DNA of 64,000 nucleotides, from contig JACKKV010000007.1 in assembly GCA_024236235.1 (NCBI GenBank), positions 6,330-70,329 on the forward strand. The letters run 5' to 3'. Positions 19,904 to 29,681 of the stretch are shown in pieces. The notes beneath the pieces are model-generated. The model searched no databases and had not been told where the DNA came from. It saw nothing but the letters and a program-made list of their open reading frames with translations. How positions within the stretch are numbered: the first letter of the stretch is position 1; every line of letters starts with the position of its first letter. The DNA comes from Novosphingobium sp. (GTDB lineage Bacteria > Pseudomonadota > Alphaproteobacteria > Sphingomonadales > Sphingomonadaceae). Made by a program: the position numbers and the translations under genes.

Positions 19904-21757
19904 TTGGACTGCAGGGACAAGCGATGGGCGGCTTGCGCCATGCAATACTGTCGAAAATGGAGCCAAGCATTCATCTCGAAACCTGCCGTTCACACAGGTA
20001 TTCAACCACGGGCGAAATTTGGGCCGGTTGCGGACCTGCAGCTATTGAACGAAATAAGGTGGAAAGCAGCTGTTCAGCGCGCGAGCCTAAAGCTGACCGC
20101 ACGTTCGCGGCAGCTATCTATTGGAGCCTTTGCGCTCCACCCGCTGGCCTACACTTATGACAAGGCGGGTCGGGTCACTCAGCTGGTGGAGGATGGCTGG
20201 TCGAGCGAATATGAATATGACCAGGCGGGCAACCGCACCCTGATCCGCTACCCGCACCAGGGCTTGCTCGGCAGTCCGACCAACGACGGCTTCCATCTCA
20301 CCTATGACTATGACCTGCTGGGCCGCCTTACCAAGGTGCGGGAGAATGGCGCGGCCTCGGGCATCGGCGTGCTGGCGTCATACAGCTACGACGAGCTGTC
20401 GCGGCCGACCTTCGTTGCGCTTGGCAACGGCACGAGCCGGACGGTGACCTACCGGCCGGATTCGAGCGTGGGTACGCTGGCGCTGGATCTCGACGGCGCG
20501 GGCGCGGCCAACGACAATCTCTACACGCTCGCCTACAATCAGATCCCGCAGATCGCATCGGTGACCACGAGCAGGGCGGCGTTCGACTGGAACGGCTATA
20601 GCGATGTCAATCGCGGCTATGCGGCGAACGGGCTCAACCAGTATACGCAATCGGGCACGAAGACGCTCGGCTATGACGACAATGGTAATCTGATCTCAGA
20701 CCAGACCTGGACATTCGGCTATGATGCGGAAAACCAGCTGACCAGCGCCAGCGCGACCGGCGTGGCATTGGCCTATCGTTACAATGCCCTCGGTCGGATG
20801 GACCGGCGGCAGCTCAATAGCGCCACTGCCACCGACTATCTGTATGACGGGCAGAGCCTGATCGCCGAACACGCCGCGGGCGCCAATCCGCAGGGCAAGC
20901 GCTATGTCCATGGCACTGGCGTTGACAGTCCGATCGTCGAATATACCCGCCAGGGCGACGGGACGTATACGCGGCTGTGGTATGCGGCTGACTTCAGGGG
21001 CTCGATCGTCGCGACGACCAATGATGCGGGAACGACGACCGCGATCTACGCTTATGGCGATTATGGCGAGCCCAATACGCAGGGCGGCCCCGCGTTCCGC
21101 TACACCGGCCAGCGGCTCGATGCCGACAGCGGCCTCTACTACTACAAGGCCCGCTGGTACTCGCCCAATCTCGGCCGCTTCCTCCAGACCGATCCGATTG
21201 GGACGAGCGACCAGCTCAACCTCTATGCTTATGTGGCGAACGATCCTATCAATCTGATAGATCCGACCGGGATGACCACATATGGACCGGATATCGGATT
21301 TCCGGCCTCTCGGGGTTTGTTAGACCCGCTGCCGCTGGACCAGCCGTTGATCCCGCCTCTGAGCGACTTTAACACAGGCCCAACTCGATCGCTGAATGAG
21401 GCAGAATTTGAGATACTCAATACTGAAATCCCAAGTTCTACCTTAAATTCCCTGACCTTACACGATGGCCTTCCGCCGGGATTTGACCCTGCTGGTACTG
21501 AGGCAACCACTCTTTATGACCATATCTATTTTAGGGACGGGATAGATGATTTCTCTACAAGCACCTATCGAATCAGGCTATTAGCTGAAGAGTCCTATCA
21601 TGCTTACCAATTCGACACAGGAATGACATATCGTAGTTACGCAATAGCTAGTATTAATGGATATGCGAATAATCCGTACGAGATAGAGGCAAAGGATGTG
21701 GCTGATCTAATAACATATACGTATTGCTCACTAGGTGGCGCTGCCAAAGGCTGTTGA
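19904..21757 (+). CDS. RHS repeat-associated core protein, N-terminally truncated (orphan-type), with a DUF4157-like C-terminal toxin domain
   Basis: YD repeats run from about 20140 (YTYDKAGRVTQL, YEYDQAGNRT, YDDNGNL). The core ends in YYYKARWYSPNLGRFLQTDPIG...DPINLIDPTGM at 21274. The 160-aa CT domain follows. The first 80 or so codons of the ORF do not look coding. Confidence 0.8.
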   Translation: MDCRDKRWAACAMQYCRKWSQAFISKPAVHTGIQPRAKFGPVADLQLLNEIRWKAAVQRASLKLTARSRQLSIGAFALHPLAYTYDKAGRVTQLVEDGWSSEYEYDQAGNRTLIRYPHQGLLGSPTNDGFHLTYDYDLLGRLTKVRENGAASGIGVLASYSYDELSRPTFVALGNGTSRTVTYRPDSSVGTLALDLDGAGAANDNLYTLAYNQIPQIASVTTSRAAFDWNGYSDVNRGYAANGLNQYTQSGTKTLGYDDNGNLISDQTWTFGYDAENQLTSASATGVALAYRYNALGRMDRRQLNSATATDYLYDGQSLIAEHAAGANPQGKRYVHGTGVDSPIVEYTRQGDGTYTRLWYAADFRGSIVATTNDAGTTTAIYAYGDYGEPNTQGGPAFRYTGQRLDADSGLYYYKARWYSPNLGRFLQTDPIGTSDQLNLYAYVANDPINLIDPTGMTTYGPDIGFPASRGLLDPLPLDQPLIPPLSDFNTGPTRSLNEAEFEILNTEIPSSTLNSLTLHDGLPPGFDPAGTEATTLYDHIYFRDGIDDFSTSTYRIRLLAEESYHAYQFDTGMTYRSYAIASINGYANNPYEIEAKDVADLITYTYCSLGGAAKGC

Positions 21758-21758
21758 T

Positions 21759-22226
21759 ATGAAAAAACTCAAACTTTCCATTGTGATTGTATATTTCATT
21801 GCAGGTTGCAGCTTATCCACGTCTTTTGACCGAGAGTTTCGGGATTTCTATTTGAAACCGGGTGAGGAGCGCGCTGAGGAGTTCGCGGCATATCCTATTG
21901 AAAAACAATATGAAATTTACATGTGGGGCGTTCGTAACTTTCATCCTTCTCCTTTGCATTTGGCGGAGGTGATGGGGAAGGGCGGTATGCCTTCAGCGAT
22001 CTATGTTGCTAATAGGATGGCTGGCACAAGTGATCCTGTGGAACTTAGTAGTGCTATTGTCGTTTTTGAATGGATGCAGCTTCATGGAATTCCTGTATGT
22101 GACAACAAGGAAATTGTCGAGGCAATGGCCCGTGGACTTGTGAAGTCAAAAGGCACTATTCATGAGAAGTCATATCGTAATATTCTATTTAGAACATGTC
22201 CCATACAGGGTATTGGGAAGATATAG
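21759..22226 (+). CDS. Candidate immunity lipoprotein for the RHS toxin tip
   Basis: It starts 1 nt after the RHS stop. Lipobox: MKKLKLSIVIVYFIAGC. AT-rich like the toxin tip. I recognise no family. Confidence 0.55.
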   Translation: MKKLKLSIVIVYFIAGCSLSTSFDREFRDFYLKPGEERAEEFAAYPIEKQYEIYMWGVRNFHPSPLHLAEVMGKGGMPSAIYVANRMAGTSDPVELSSAIVVFEWMQLHGIPVCDNKEIVEAMARGLVKSKGTIHEKSYRNILFRTCPIQGIGKI

Positions 22227-22318
22227 CCCATTTCCCAATCATTATTTTGTTGCCGCTTGTTCCTATTTCGAATGCGCGGTCGTGATCCTAAAAACCGAAA
22301 CTATCGTGGGGTGGGCGC

Positions 22319-23108
22319 GTGAAACATATAGGACAAGCACTGCTGTTGTTCTTCCTGGCCATGGCGGCACCGCTTGCGCCGGCGTTCGCCCAGAGTACCG
22401 TCACCTACACCTATGACGCGCTCGGCCGCCTCGTACGCTCGGAGAACAACGGTACCAGCACTGCCGACAGCACCTACACCCTCGATGCAGCGGGCAACCG
22501 CACCAACGTCACCGTCACCGGCTCGCCGTTCCCGACCTTTTCGATCGACAGCACAGCCGTCACCGAAGGCGGAACCGCGATCCTGACCGTCACCAAGGGC
22601 GGCGCGACGATCGACACGCTCACCGTCAATTACGCGAGCGCCGACGGCACCGCGAGCGCGGGATCGGATTATACCGCAACCAGCACCCAGATGCTGACCT
22701 TCCTCGCCTCCGACAGCAGCAAGACGATCGCCATTCCCACCACTGACGATCTGTTGATCGAAAACACCGAGAACTTCACCGTGACGCTGTCCGGCAACAG
22801 CGCGGGCTCGGCCATCGGTCAGGCCACTGGCACGGTTACGATCAACGACAATGACGCGACCAGCTTCGCCATTTCCGATGCTTCGGTCACCGAGGGCGGA
22901 AACCTCGTCTATACCGTCACCAAGACGGGCAGTGTGGCCGCGAACATCAGCTATGCCACCGCTGATGGCACGGCGACGGCCGGGTCGACCATCTCGACCG
23001 CGCAGGGCTCCGGCACGATCAATGATAACGATGTGCCGCCTGTATCCTTTGCGATATCGGCTGCGCCCACTGTTTCGGAAGGCGGCAACCTCGTTTACAC
23101 GGTCACCT
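22319..23108 (+). pseudogene. N-terminal fragment of a secreted YD-repeat/Calx-beta protein, interrupted by an IS remnant
   Basis: GTG start, signal peptide ALLLFFLAMAAPLAPAFA, YD repeats, then Calx-beta repeats (TADGTASAGSDYTATS...FTVTLSG). The second repeat is internally shortened. The third is cut after NLVYTVT. Confidence 0.75.
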
Positions 23109-23552
23109 GTCCCCCGTCAGCACCAATGGCACAGATTTGAGGTTGTGATTTAAGGAGGATTTGGGCTTCGTTGCAGTGACGAAGGAACGAAGATGAAGCC
23201 CAAATCCTCCAATGCAAAATCGCCGACCAAGGCCCCCGCGGAACGGGTGGTAAAGGACATCCGGCGGCAGACCAGGCGCCACTTCTCGGCCGAGGACAAG
23301 ATCCGCATTGTGCTGGAAGGCCTGCGCGGCGAAGACAGCATCGCCGAGCTGTGCCGCAAGGAAGGCATCGCGCAGAGCCTGTTTTACACCTGGTCGAAGG
23401 AGTTCATGGAGGCCGGCAAGCGCTGGCTGGCTGGTGACACCACCCGTGCCGCAACGACCGTCGAAGTGCAGGATCTACGCCGCGAAGCCCGCGCCCTGAA
23501 GGAATGCGTGGCAGACCTGACGCTGGAGAACCGCCTGCTGAAAAAAAGCATG
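23109..23552 (+). mobile_element. IS3-family insertion sequence remnant (left end plus orfA only)
   Basis: The OrfA-like HTH protein starts at 23193 (RRHFSAEDKIRIVLEGLRGEDSIAELCRKEGIAQSLFYTWSKEF...LENRLLKKSM). It ends just after the A7G slippery run (23541-23548). No orfB and no right end are present. The left boundary is inferred from loss of the Calx-beta reading frame. Confidence 0.75.
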
Positions 23553-23885
23553 AGCCGGGCTTCAACAAGGTTCTGACCGCAACGGACGCGCGCGGGAAGG
23601 TCACCGACTACGCTTACGATCCGGTCACCGGCGATCTGGCCTCTGTCACCGCACCGGCGGCCACGTCCGGCGGTACGCGCCCGCAAACGACCGTCAGCTA
23701 CACCAGCTTCACTGGCGCGGGTGGCATGCCGTCCTTCACCATGCCGACCTCGGTCACCAGCAAGATCGACGCAGCGAACAGCGTGACGACGACAACGGCT
23801 TATAACGCGGCCAACAAATATGTGCCGCAGTCGAGCACGGTGGACCCCACAGGCCTCAACCTGACTTCGACCTTCTCCTCTGCCC
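23553..23885 (+). pseudogene. Internal YD-repeat (RHS) fragment downstream of the IS remnant
   Basis: The frame of the 23504..23980 ORF reads FNKVLTATDARGKVTDYAYDPVTGDLASVT...TTTAYNAANKYVPQSSTVDPTGLNL. Similarity decays after about 23885. Confidence 0.6.
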
Positions 23886-24177
23886 AACTTGCGATTTCCC
23901 GTGTCCGATTCACAAGATATCGGTCGCTGAATTTGCTAAGGTGCGCAGACTCCCGGCGGTCTCGCGATTTGCACTCATGAATGCAGACGTCAAACTCCCG
24001 TTATTTTCCCGTTTGCTCGGGAATTTGGCCAAGAGACCGGCGATCAAAGTGGTCTTCACGCCTCCAGCTTTTTCCTGAATTGTTCGCCCGTTGGCGCTGT
24101 GCATGCAGGAAGTTTGCCCTTGTGCGACAGAAAGCGTTGCACCGCGCGGCGAAGCTGACTAGAGAGCCGCCCCGGAC

Positions 24178-24253
24178 GCCGCTTTAGCTCAGTCGGTAGA
24201 GCACATCATTCGTAATGATGGGGTCAGAGGTTCGAATCCTCTAAGCGGCACCA
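24178..24253 (+). tRNA. tRNA-Thr (CGT)
   Basis: Hand-folded. Acceptor GCCGCTT/AAGCGGC, D-arm GCTCAGTCGGTAGAGC, anticodon loop TTCGTAA, T-loop TTCGAAT, encoded CCA. Confidence 0.9.
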
Positions 24254-24466
24254 TTTCCTCCTTACCCTATGCCCTGTTCAGCATGCTCGCGCGCCCGCGC
24301 CCCTGTTTTCGGGATTGCGCCCCGCAACTGCATCACGCGCTTGCGGGGCGGGGTGTGGCCTGGGTGCAGTCCCGACGATGCGCTGCGGGCTTTGACAGGG
24401 CGGCGAAATTCGCTATGTCGAATAAAATTCTGTTTTTGCGGCTAGGGCTGCGAGGGGATTGCTGTA

Positions 24467-25150
24467 ATGATCGACAAGACCGTTCAAACGCTTGAAGAGG
24501 CCGTTTCCGGGCTTTTTGATGGCGCGGCCATCATGATCAGCGGATTCGGGGAGGCGGGGGTTCCGGCTGAACTGATCGACGCGGTTGTCGATCATGGCGC
24601 AACGGACCTGACCATCATCTCCAACAATGCCGGGACCGGCGATGTGGGCATCGCGGCGCTGATCAAGGCCAATCGCGTGCGCAAGGTCATTGCATCCTAT
24701 CCGCGCATGGCCGGATCGGTGCATTTCGAAGCGCGCTATCGTGCTGGCGATCTGGAACTCGAACTGGTGCCGCAGGGCAATCTGGCCGCGCGTATCCAGG
24801 CGGCGGGTTCCGGCCTTGGTGCGATCTTCACGCCGACCGGCTATGGCACCATGCTGGCCGAAGGCAAGGAAACGCGCGAAATTGACGGGCGCAATTATGT
24901 GCTGGAATATCCGATCCATGCCGATTTCGCGCTGGTCAAGGCCTTGAAGGCCGATCGCTGGGGCAATCTGGTGTTTCGCAAGGCGGCCCGCAATTTCGGC
25001 CCGATCATGGCCATGGCGGCAAAGCACACGATCGTGCAGGTGAGCGAGATTGTGCCGCTGGGCGAACTTGATCCCGAAGTGATCGTGACCCCGGGCATTT
25101 TCGTGGAGCGGGTCGTCCCGGTTCCGGGAAAATCTGCGGCCGCAGCCTGA
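24467..25150 (+). CDS. scoA: 3-oxoacid CoA-transferase subunit A
   Basis: MISGFGEAGVPAELI...ISNNAG pattern, followed by subunit B. Confidence 0.88.
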   Translation: MIDKTVQTLEEAVSGLFDGAAIMISGFGEAGVPAELIDAVVDHGATDLTIISNNAGTGDVGIAALIKANRVRKVIASYPRMAGSVHFEARYRAGDLELELVPQGNLAARIQAAGSGLGAIFTPTGYGTMLAEGKETREIDGRNYVLEYPIHADFALVKALKADRWGNLVFRKAARNFGPIMAMAAKHTIVQVSEIVPLGELDPEVIVTPGIFVERVVPVPGKSAAAA

Positions 25151-25167
25151 GGAAAAGGGAAAAGACG

Positions 25168-25809
25168 ATGCAGCGCATGGACAAGGAAACGCTCGCCGCC
25201 CGGGTCGCCCGCGACATTCCCGAAGGGGCTTATGTCAATCTCGGGATCGGGCAACCGACGACGGTTGCCAATTACCTGCCGATGGAGGGCGATTTCTTTC
25301 TTCACAGCGAGAACGGCATCCTCGGCATGGGCCCGGCCCCGGCGGATGAGGATATCGACTGGGACCTGATCAACGCGGGCAAGCAGCCGGTCACCCTGCT
25401 GACCGGCGGGTGCTTCTTCCATCATGGCGACAGCTTCACCATGATGCGCGGCGGCCATATCGATATCTGCGTGATGGGCGCCTATCAGGTCTCGGTCCAT
25501 GGCGATATCGCCAACTGGCACACCGGTGCGCCTGATGCGATCCCCGCCGTGGGCGGGGCGATGGACCTGGCGGTGGGCGCCAAGCAAGTGTTTGTCATGA
25601 TGAACCTGCTGAGCAAGACGGGCGAATGCAAACTGGTCGAACGCTGCACCTATCCGTTGACCGGGCTGGCCTGTGTCTCGCGGCTATACAGCGATCTTGC
25701 CATTTTCGAGCTTGGCCCTGATGGGGCGAAAGTGATCGAGATGGTCGACGGCCTGACGCTGGAAAAGTTGCGGGAACTGACCGGCCTCGATCTGACCATG
25801 GCAGCCTGA
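25168..25809 (+). CDS. scoB: 3-oxoacid CoA-transferase subunit B
   Basis: SENGILGMGP active-site Glu motif. Confidence 0.88.
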   Translation: MQRMDKETLAARVARDIPEGAYVNLGIGQPTTVANYLPMEGDFFLHSENGILGMGPAPADEDIDWDLINAGKQPVTLLTGGCFFHHGDSFTMMRGGHIDICVMGAYQVSVHGDIANWHTGAPDAIPAVGGAMDLAVGAKQVFVMMNLLSKTGECKLVERCTYPLTGLACVSRLYSDLAIFELGPDGAKVIEMVDGLTLEKLRELTGLDLTMAA

Positions 25810-25885
25810 AGGTTTACCGCACGGCATTTGGCACGCGCGGCGGGCAGGGGGATTGCCCCGGCCCGCGCGCGATTTTCCATTCTCT

Positions 25886-27991
25886 TCAGAAGAGGCGCGA
25901 GCCGGGCGGCGCGGAGGTGTCGCCATTTGCCGCGCGGCGCGCGAAATCCCGCACCGCCATGCTGATATCCGCGATGTCCTGATCGCTCAACTCGTCAATC
26001 TGCGGCATGCCGAGCGCGGACAGCGCCCCTTCCTTGACGATCTTGCGCAACATTTCAGGATCCTGCGCCATCGCCGATTGCCTGAGATCGGGGTAATTGG
26101 CATTGGCACCGCCAGGTACATGGCAGATCGAACAATTGCGCAGCCACAATTCGCGTCCGCGCGCGGCCGATGCCTGATCGATCCTGAACGACGGGTCGTC
26201 AATTGGCGTGACGTCAAAACTCGGCGGCGGCGCAGACGGAAGTTTTGCCTTGCCGTCGAGCTTGAAGGTCAGCACCCGCGGCATATGCACGCCGAACCGC
26301 CAGCCGGGATCGTCCGGCGCGGCTGCGCCATAGCCGACGAGCAGCGTAACATATTGTTCGCCGTCCGCCAGATAGGTGATCGGCGGGGCGAGGATGCCGT
26401 TCATCGCGTTGAACTTCCACAATTCCTTGCCGTTTGCCGCGTCATAGGCGTGGAACCAGCCATCGGCGGTGCCCTGAAAGACAAGGCCGGATGCGGTGGC
26501 CATGGTCCCGCCGTTCCAGCCGGTCTTGTACTTCACCGTCCAGCGCGCTTTTTGTGCGACCGGATCCCAGGCCAGCAGGGCCCCCGTGCCATCATCCTTG
26601 TCCAGCTTGACCAGGCTGAAGCGCGATCCCAGCGCAAATTCGTAATGGCGCGAACCGAGCGTGAAAGCTTCGGCTTCCTTCACCTTCTCCGGCGTCGTCC
26701 AGTACTTGCCGGGCTGTTGCAGCACCGGGATGAAGGCGAGGCCCAGCCTGGGGTTGTAGGACATGGCCTGCCAGTTATGAGCGCCCAGCTGCGAGGGGTA
26801 GAAGCTGACCGGGCCGTTCTCATAGCGGGCATTGGCCACCTCGACCGGTCGCCCGGTCTTGAGATCGATCTTCTCGGCCCATGTCGCCTTGGCGTATTTT
26901 TCAGCGGAAAGCAGTTTGCCGTCGCGCCGGTCAAGAATGTAGAAGAAGCCGTTGATCGCGGCCTGCATCAGCACCGGGCGTTTTTCCCCGCCGATGTCCA
27001 TGTCGGTCAGGATCATCTCATTGGTGGCCTTCCAGTCCCAGGCTTCGCGCGGGTTTTGCTGGTAATGCCAGATGTATTTTCCGGTATCGGCATCCAGTGC
27101 GACGATTGACGCAAGGAACAGATTGTCCCCGCCTTCGGGGCTGCGCTGGGCCGGATCGTAATTGGAGGAATTGCCGACACCGATGTAGATTCGGTTCAGT
27201 TCGGCATCATAAGTCATGCCGTTCCATACGGTGCCGCCGCCGCCCCAGCGCCACCATTCGCCGCTCCATGTCTTTGCGGCCATCGCCTGGGTTTCGTCCT
27301 CGAACCCGTCGGCCGGATTGCCGGGCACGGTGTAGAAGCGCCACAGTTGCTTGCCGGTGCGCGCGTCATAGGTGGTGACATAGCCGCGCGTGCCGAAATC
27401 CGCCCCGGAATTGCCCACAATCACCTTTCCGTCGAACACGCGCGGTGCGCCGGTGATGGTCTTGCGCGTATCGCCCTTTTCTTCCTCGATCGTGTCAACG
27501 ACCCAATTGGGCTTGCCGGTCTTCGCGTCCACTGAAACGAGTCGCCCGTCCAGAGTGGCGAGCAGGATCGATCCCTCGAAATAGCCGATCCCGCGGCTGC
27601 CCTGCTGCGTGGTGCGCAGCGCGCGGGGGTGTTCCTTGCCGACTTCCGGATCATATTCCCACAGCAGCTTCCCGTCACTGGCATTGACCGCATAAAGTTT
27701 GGACAGCGAGGTGGAGAAATAGAGCGTTCCGTCAATCGCCAGCGGTGTGCCCTGCATTGATCGGGCCTGCGGGGGCAATTCCATGCTCCACGCCAGGCCC
27801 AGGCGGCTGACCGTATCCGGATTGATCTGTTCCAGCGGGCTGTAACGCTGCTCATTGCTGTCCAGCCCGTAAAGCGTCCAGTCCCCCTCCTTGCCGGCAG
27901 ACCCGGAACAGGCAGCGGCCATAAGGCAGGATATGGCAAGGGCCAGGGCCGCAAGGGGTTTTGCCAGCTGCATCGCAAACGATCCTCTCAT
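25886..27991 (-). CDS. PQQ-dependent quinohemoprotein alcohol dehydrogenase (type II, with a C-terminal cytochrome c domain)
   Basis: About 580 aa of PQQ beta-propeller sequence, then CSICH heme-binding motif. N-terminal signal peptide. Confidence 0.85.
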   Translation of the reverse strand: MRGSFAMQLAKPLAALALAISCLMAAACSGSAGKEGDWTLYGLDSNEQRYSPLEQINPDTVSRLGLAWSMELPPQARSMQGTPLAIDGTLYFSTSLSKLYAVNASDGKLLWEYDPEVGKEHPRALRTTQQGSRGIGYFEGSILLATLDGRLVSVDAKTGKPNWVVDTIEEEKGDTRKTITGAPRVFDGKVIVGNSGADFGTRGYVTTYDARTGKQLWRFYTVPGNPADGFEDETQAMAAKTWSGEWWRWGGGGTVWNGMTYDAELNRIYIGVGNSSNYDPAQRSPEGGDNLFLASIVALDADTGKYIWHYQQNPREAWDWKATNEMILTDMDIGGEKRPVLMQAAINGFFYILDRRDGKLLSAEKYAKATWAEKIDLKTGRPVEVANARYENGPVSFYPSQLGAHNWQAMSYNPRLGLAFIPVLQQPGKYWTTPEKVKEAEAFTLGSRHYEFALGSRFSLVKLDKDDGTGALLAWDPVAQKARWTVKYKTGWNGGTMATASGLVFQGTADGWFHAYDAANGKELWKFNAMNGILAPPITYLADGEQYVTLLVGYGAAAPDDPGWRFGVHMPRVLTFKLDGKAKLPSAPPPSFDVTPIDDPSFRIDQASAARGRELWLRNCSICHVPGGANANYPDLRQSAMAQDPEMLRKIVKEGALSALGMPQIDELSDQDIADISMAVRDFARRAANGDTSAPPGSRLF

Positions 27992-28044
27992 CCGAATAAT
28001 TTTCGGTACAATAAGGATGTCGCAATTGCGATGCCAGCATAAAA

Positions 28045-28827
28045 TCAGATGGTGGCGATGCCCGTAATCAACCCCAGGGCCAGCCAGTTGCCCAGCATGG
28101 TCCCGGCCTTCGCCAGCGCCGCCGTTTCGTCCATCCGTTCCAGCAGCAGCGCGCAGGCTTCGCCATAGCTGCCGCCAGTGGCCAGATGGTGCAGCGCCAG
28201 CCCCTCATCCTCGTCCACCAGGATGAATGTCGAGCGCCAGCCTTCGCGCCAGACCGTGCAATAATGCGGGGCGGGCAGAGGCCGCAGCACCGCCTGCGCG
28301 AGCGATGGCTCATCTGCGGCCAGCGCATTCCACAATGGCGGCAGGTCGTGCGCAACTTCACGCAGGGCGAGGCCGGGGGCCATGCGCAGGCGCAGATCGT
28401 TCCACTGGCCGTCGTTGAAGCCGGCGGTGGCGGCGGCAAAATCCTGCGCCGTGAACGGGGCGCAGTCCGCCGCGGTAAAGGCACAGGCCATTGCCCATTC
28501 AATCCACGCCAGTTCCGCCACTTCGGGATCGCCGGGAAAGAGCCCGGTCAGCGTTTCGGCAAAGCCACGCCCGGCATCGTCAAGCGACCATCCGTTCGGC
28601 GGGCAGGAGATCAGGTGATGCGCACCGGCGGCATGGAACGGTTCCTGCCCAACCCAGCGCAGCGTGCGCGGGTAGGTTTCGGTCAGCGCGTCCAGCAGGC
28701 TGCTGCGATAATTGTTGCGATAGATCGCCAGGCCTGCCTGTTCGCGATCATTCCATTGCGCCGGCGGCGGCGCCTCCTCGTCAAGCAATGCGGCCATGAA
28801 GGCGCCCTGCATGTCGGCCAGCTTCAT
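28045..28827 (-). CDS. bufC: DUF2063 protein (BufC/HvfC-type RiPP maturation partner)
   Basis: FMAALLDEE...GLAIYRNNYRSSLLDALTETYP signature. ATGA overlap with the upstream DUF692 gene. Confidence 0.75.
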   Translation of the reverse strand: MKLADMQGAFMAALLDEEAPPPAQWNDREQAGLAIYRNNYRSSLLDALTETYPRTLRWVGQEPFHAAGAHHLISCPPNGWSLDDAGRGFAETLTGLFPGDPEVAELAWIEWAMACAFTAADCAPFTAQDFAAATAGFNDGQWNDLRLRMAPGLALREVAHDLPPLWNALAADEPSLAQAVLRPLPAPHYCTVWREGWRSTFILVDEDEGLALHHLATGGSYGEACALLLERMDETAALAKAGTMLGNWLALGLITGIATI

Positions 28828-29657
28828 GCGGCCACCAGTGTGGCGGCCGCGGCCAGCTGGCGCGCGATGTCCAGTTCGCCCAGCAGGCTATCAAGCGGCG
28901 GGATCGCATCGTCACGTTCGATCATCACGGCGACGGGGCCAAGCTGCGTCATGGCGCTCTGGTAAAGCGCCCATACCGCATCGCACACCGCGCGGTCATG
29001 CGTGTCGATGATGATCTCGCCCGGCTGATGCCCGGCAAGGTGAACCTGGCGCACCCGTTCCAGCGGCAATCCGGTCAGATAGTCTTGCGCTGCAAAGCCG
29101 TGATTGCACGCGCTGACATAGATGTTGTTGATGTCCAGCAGCAGGTAGCAGCCGGTCCGCCGCACGACCTCGGCCAGAAATTCCCACTCGCTCATCTCGT
29201 TTTCGGGAAAGATGAGATAGCTAGACGGGTTTTCGAGCAGGATGGGGCGCCTGAGCGCGTCCTGCGCGGCGCAAACATTGGTGCAGACCAGCCCCAGTGC
29301 CTCCTGCGTATAAGGCAGGGGCAGCAGATCGTGGCTGTTGTGTGCGCTGGTGCGGGTCCAGCACAGATGGTCCGATACCCACAGCGGATCGATCCGTTCA
29401 ACCAGCGCGGCCAGCCGCCGCAGATAGGCCTGGTCCACCCCATGCGCCGAGCCGGGCGAGAGTGACACGCCGTGCAGCGCCACCGGGTGATGGCGGCGCA
29501 CCGCCTCCAGCAAGGCCAGCGGCCTGCCGCCGTCGACTATGTAGTTTTCCGAAATCACCTCCACGAAATCGACCGGCACGCCGCCCGCCTCGAATTCGGC
29601 GAAATGGGGGCGGCGCAGACCGAGGCCGAAACCGGAAAAACTGGCAATTTCGTTCAT
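28824..29657 (-). CDS. bufB: DUF692 multinuclear non-heme iron oxidase (MNIO; BufB/HvfB/MbnB-type RiPP maturase)
   Basis: GLGLRRPHF...VDFVEVISENY...HGVSLS...VSDHLCW...LLENPSSY...LLDINNIYVS...HLAGH motifs. Start at MNEIASF (29657). Confidence 0.85.
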   Translation of the reverse strand: MNEIASFSGFGLGLRRPHFAEFEAGGVPVDFVEVISENYIVDGGRPLALLEAVRRHHPVALHGVSLSPGSAHGVDQAYLRRLAALVERIDPLWVSDHLCWTRTSAHNSHDLLPLPYTQEALGLVCTNVCAAQDALRRPILLENPSSYLIFPENEMSEWEFLAEVVRRTGCYLLLDINNIYVSACNHGFAAQDYLTGLPLERVRQVHLAGHQPGEIIIDTHDRAVCDAVWALYQSAMTQLGPVAVMIERDDAIPPLDSLLGELDIARQLAAAATLVAA

Positions 29658-29681
29658 CTGGGCGTTCTCGTGCAACTGGGT

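Noticed and set aside
19904-20139. First 80 or so codons of the RHS ORF as a genuine N-terminal domain
   Set aside because: The sequence (MDCRDKRWAACAMQYCRKWSQ...) is Cys/Arg/Trp-rich. It has no signal peptide, PAAR or other trafficking domain. YD-repeat similarity only starts near 20140, so I treat this as read-through of non-coding DNA.
24283-24466. Small ORFs upstream of scoA as a leader peptide or regulator
   Set aside because: There is no RBS, the codon bias is poor and no motif is conserved. I treat this as intergenic sequence after the tRNA-Thr.
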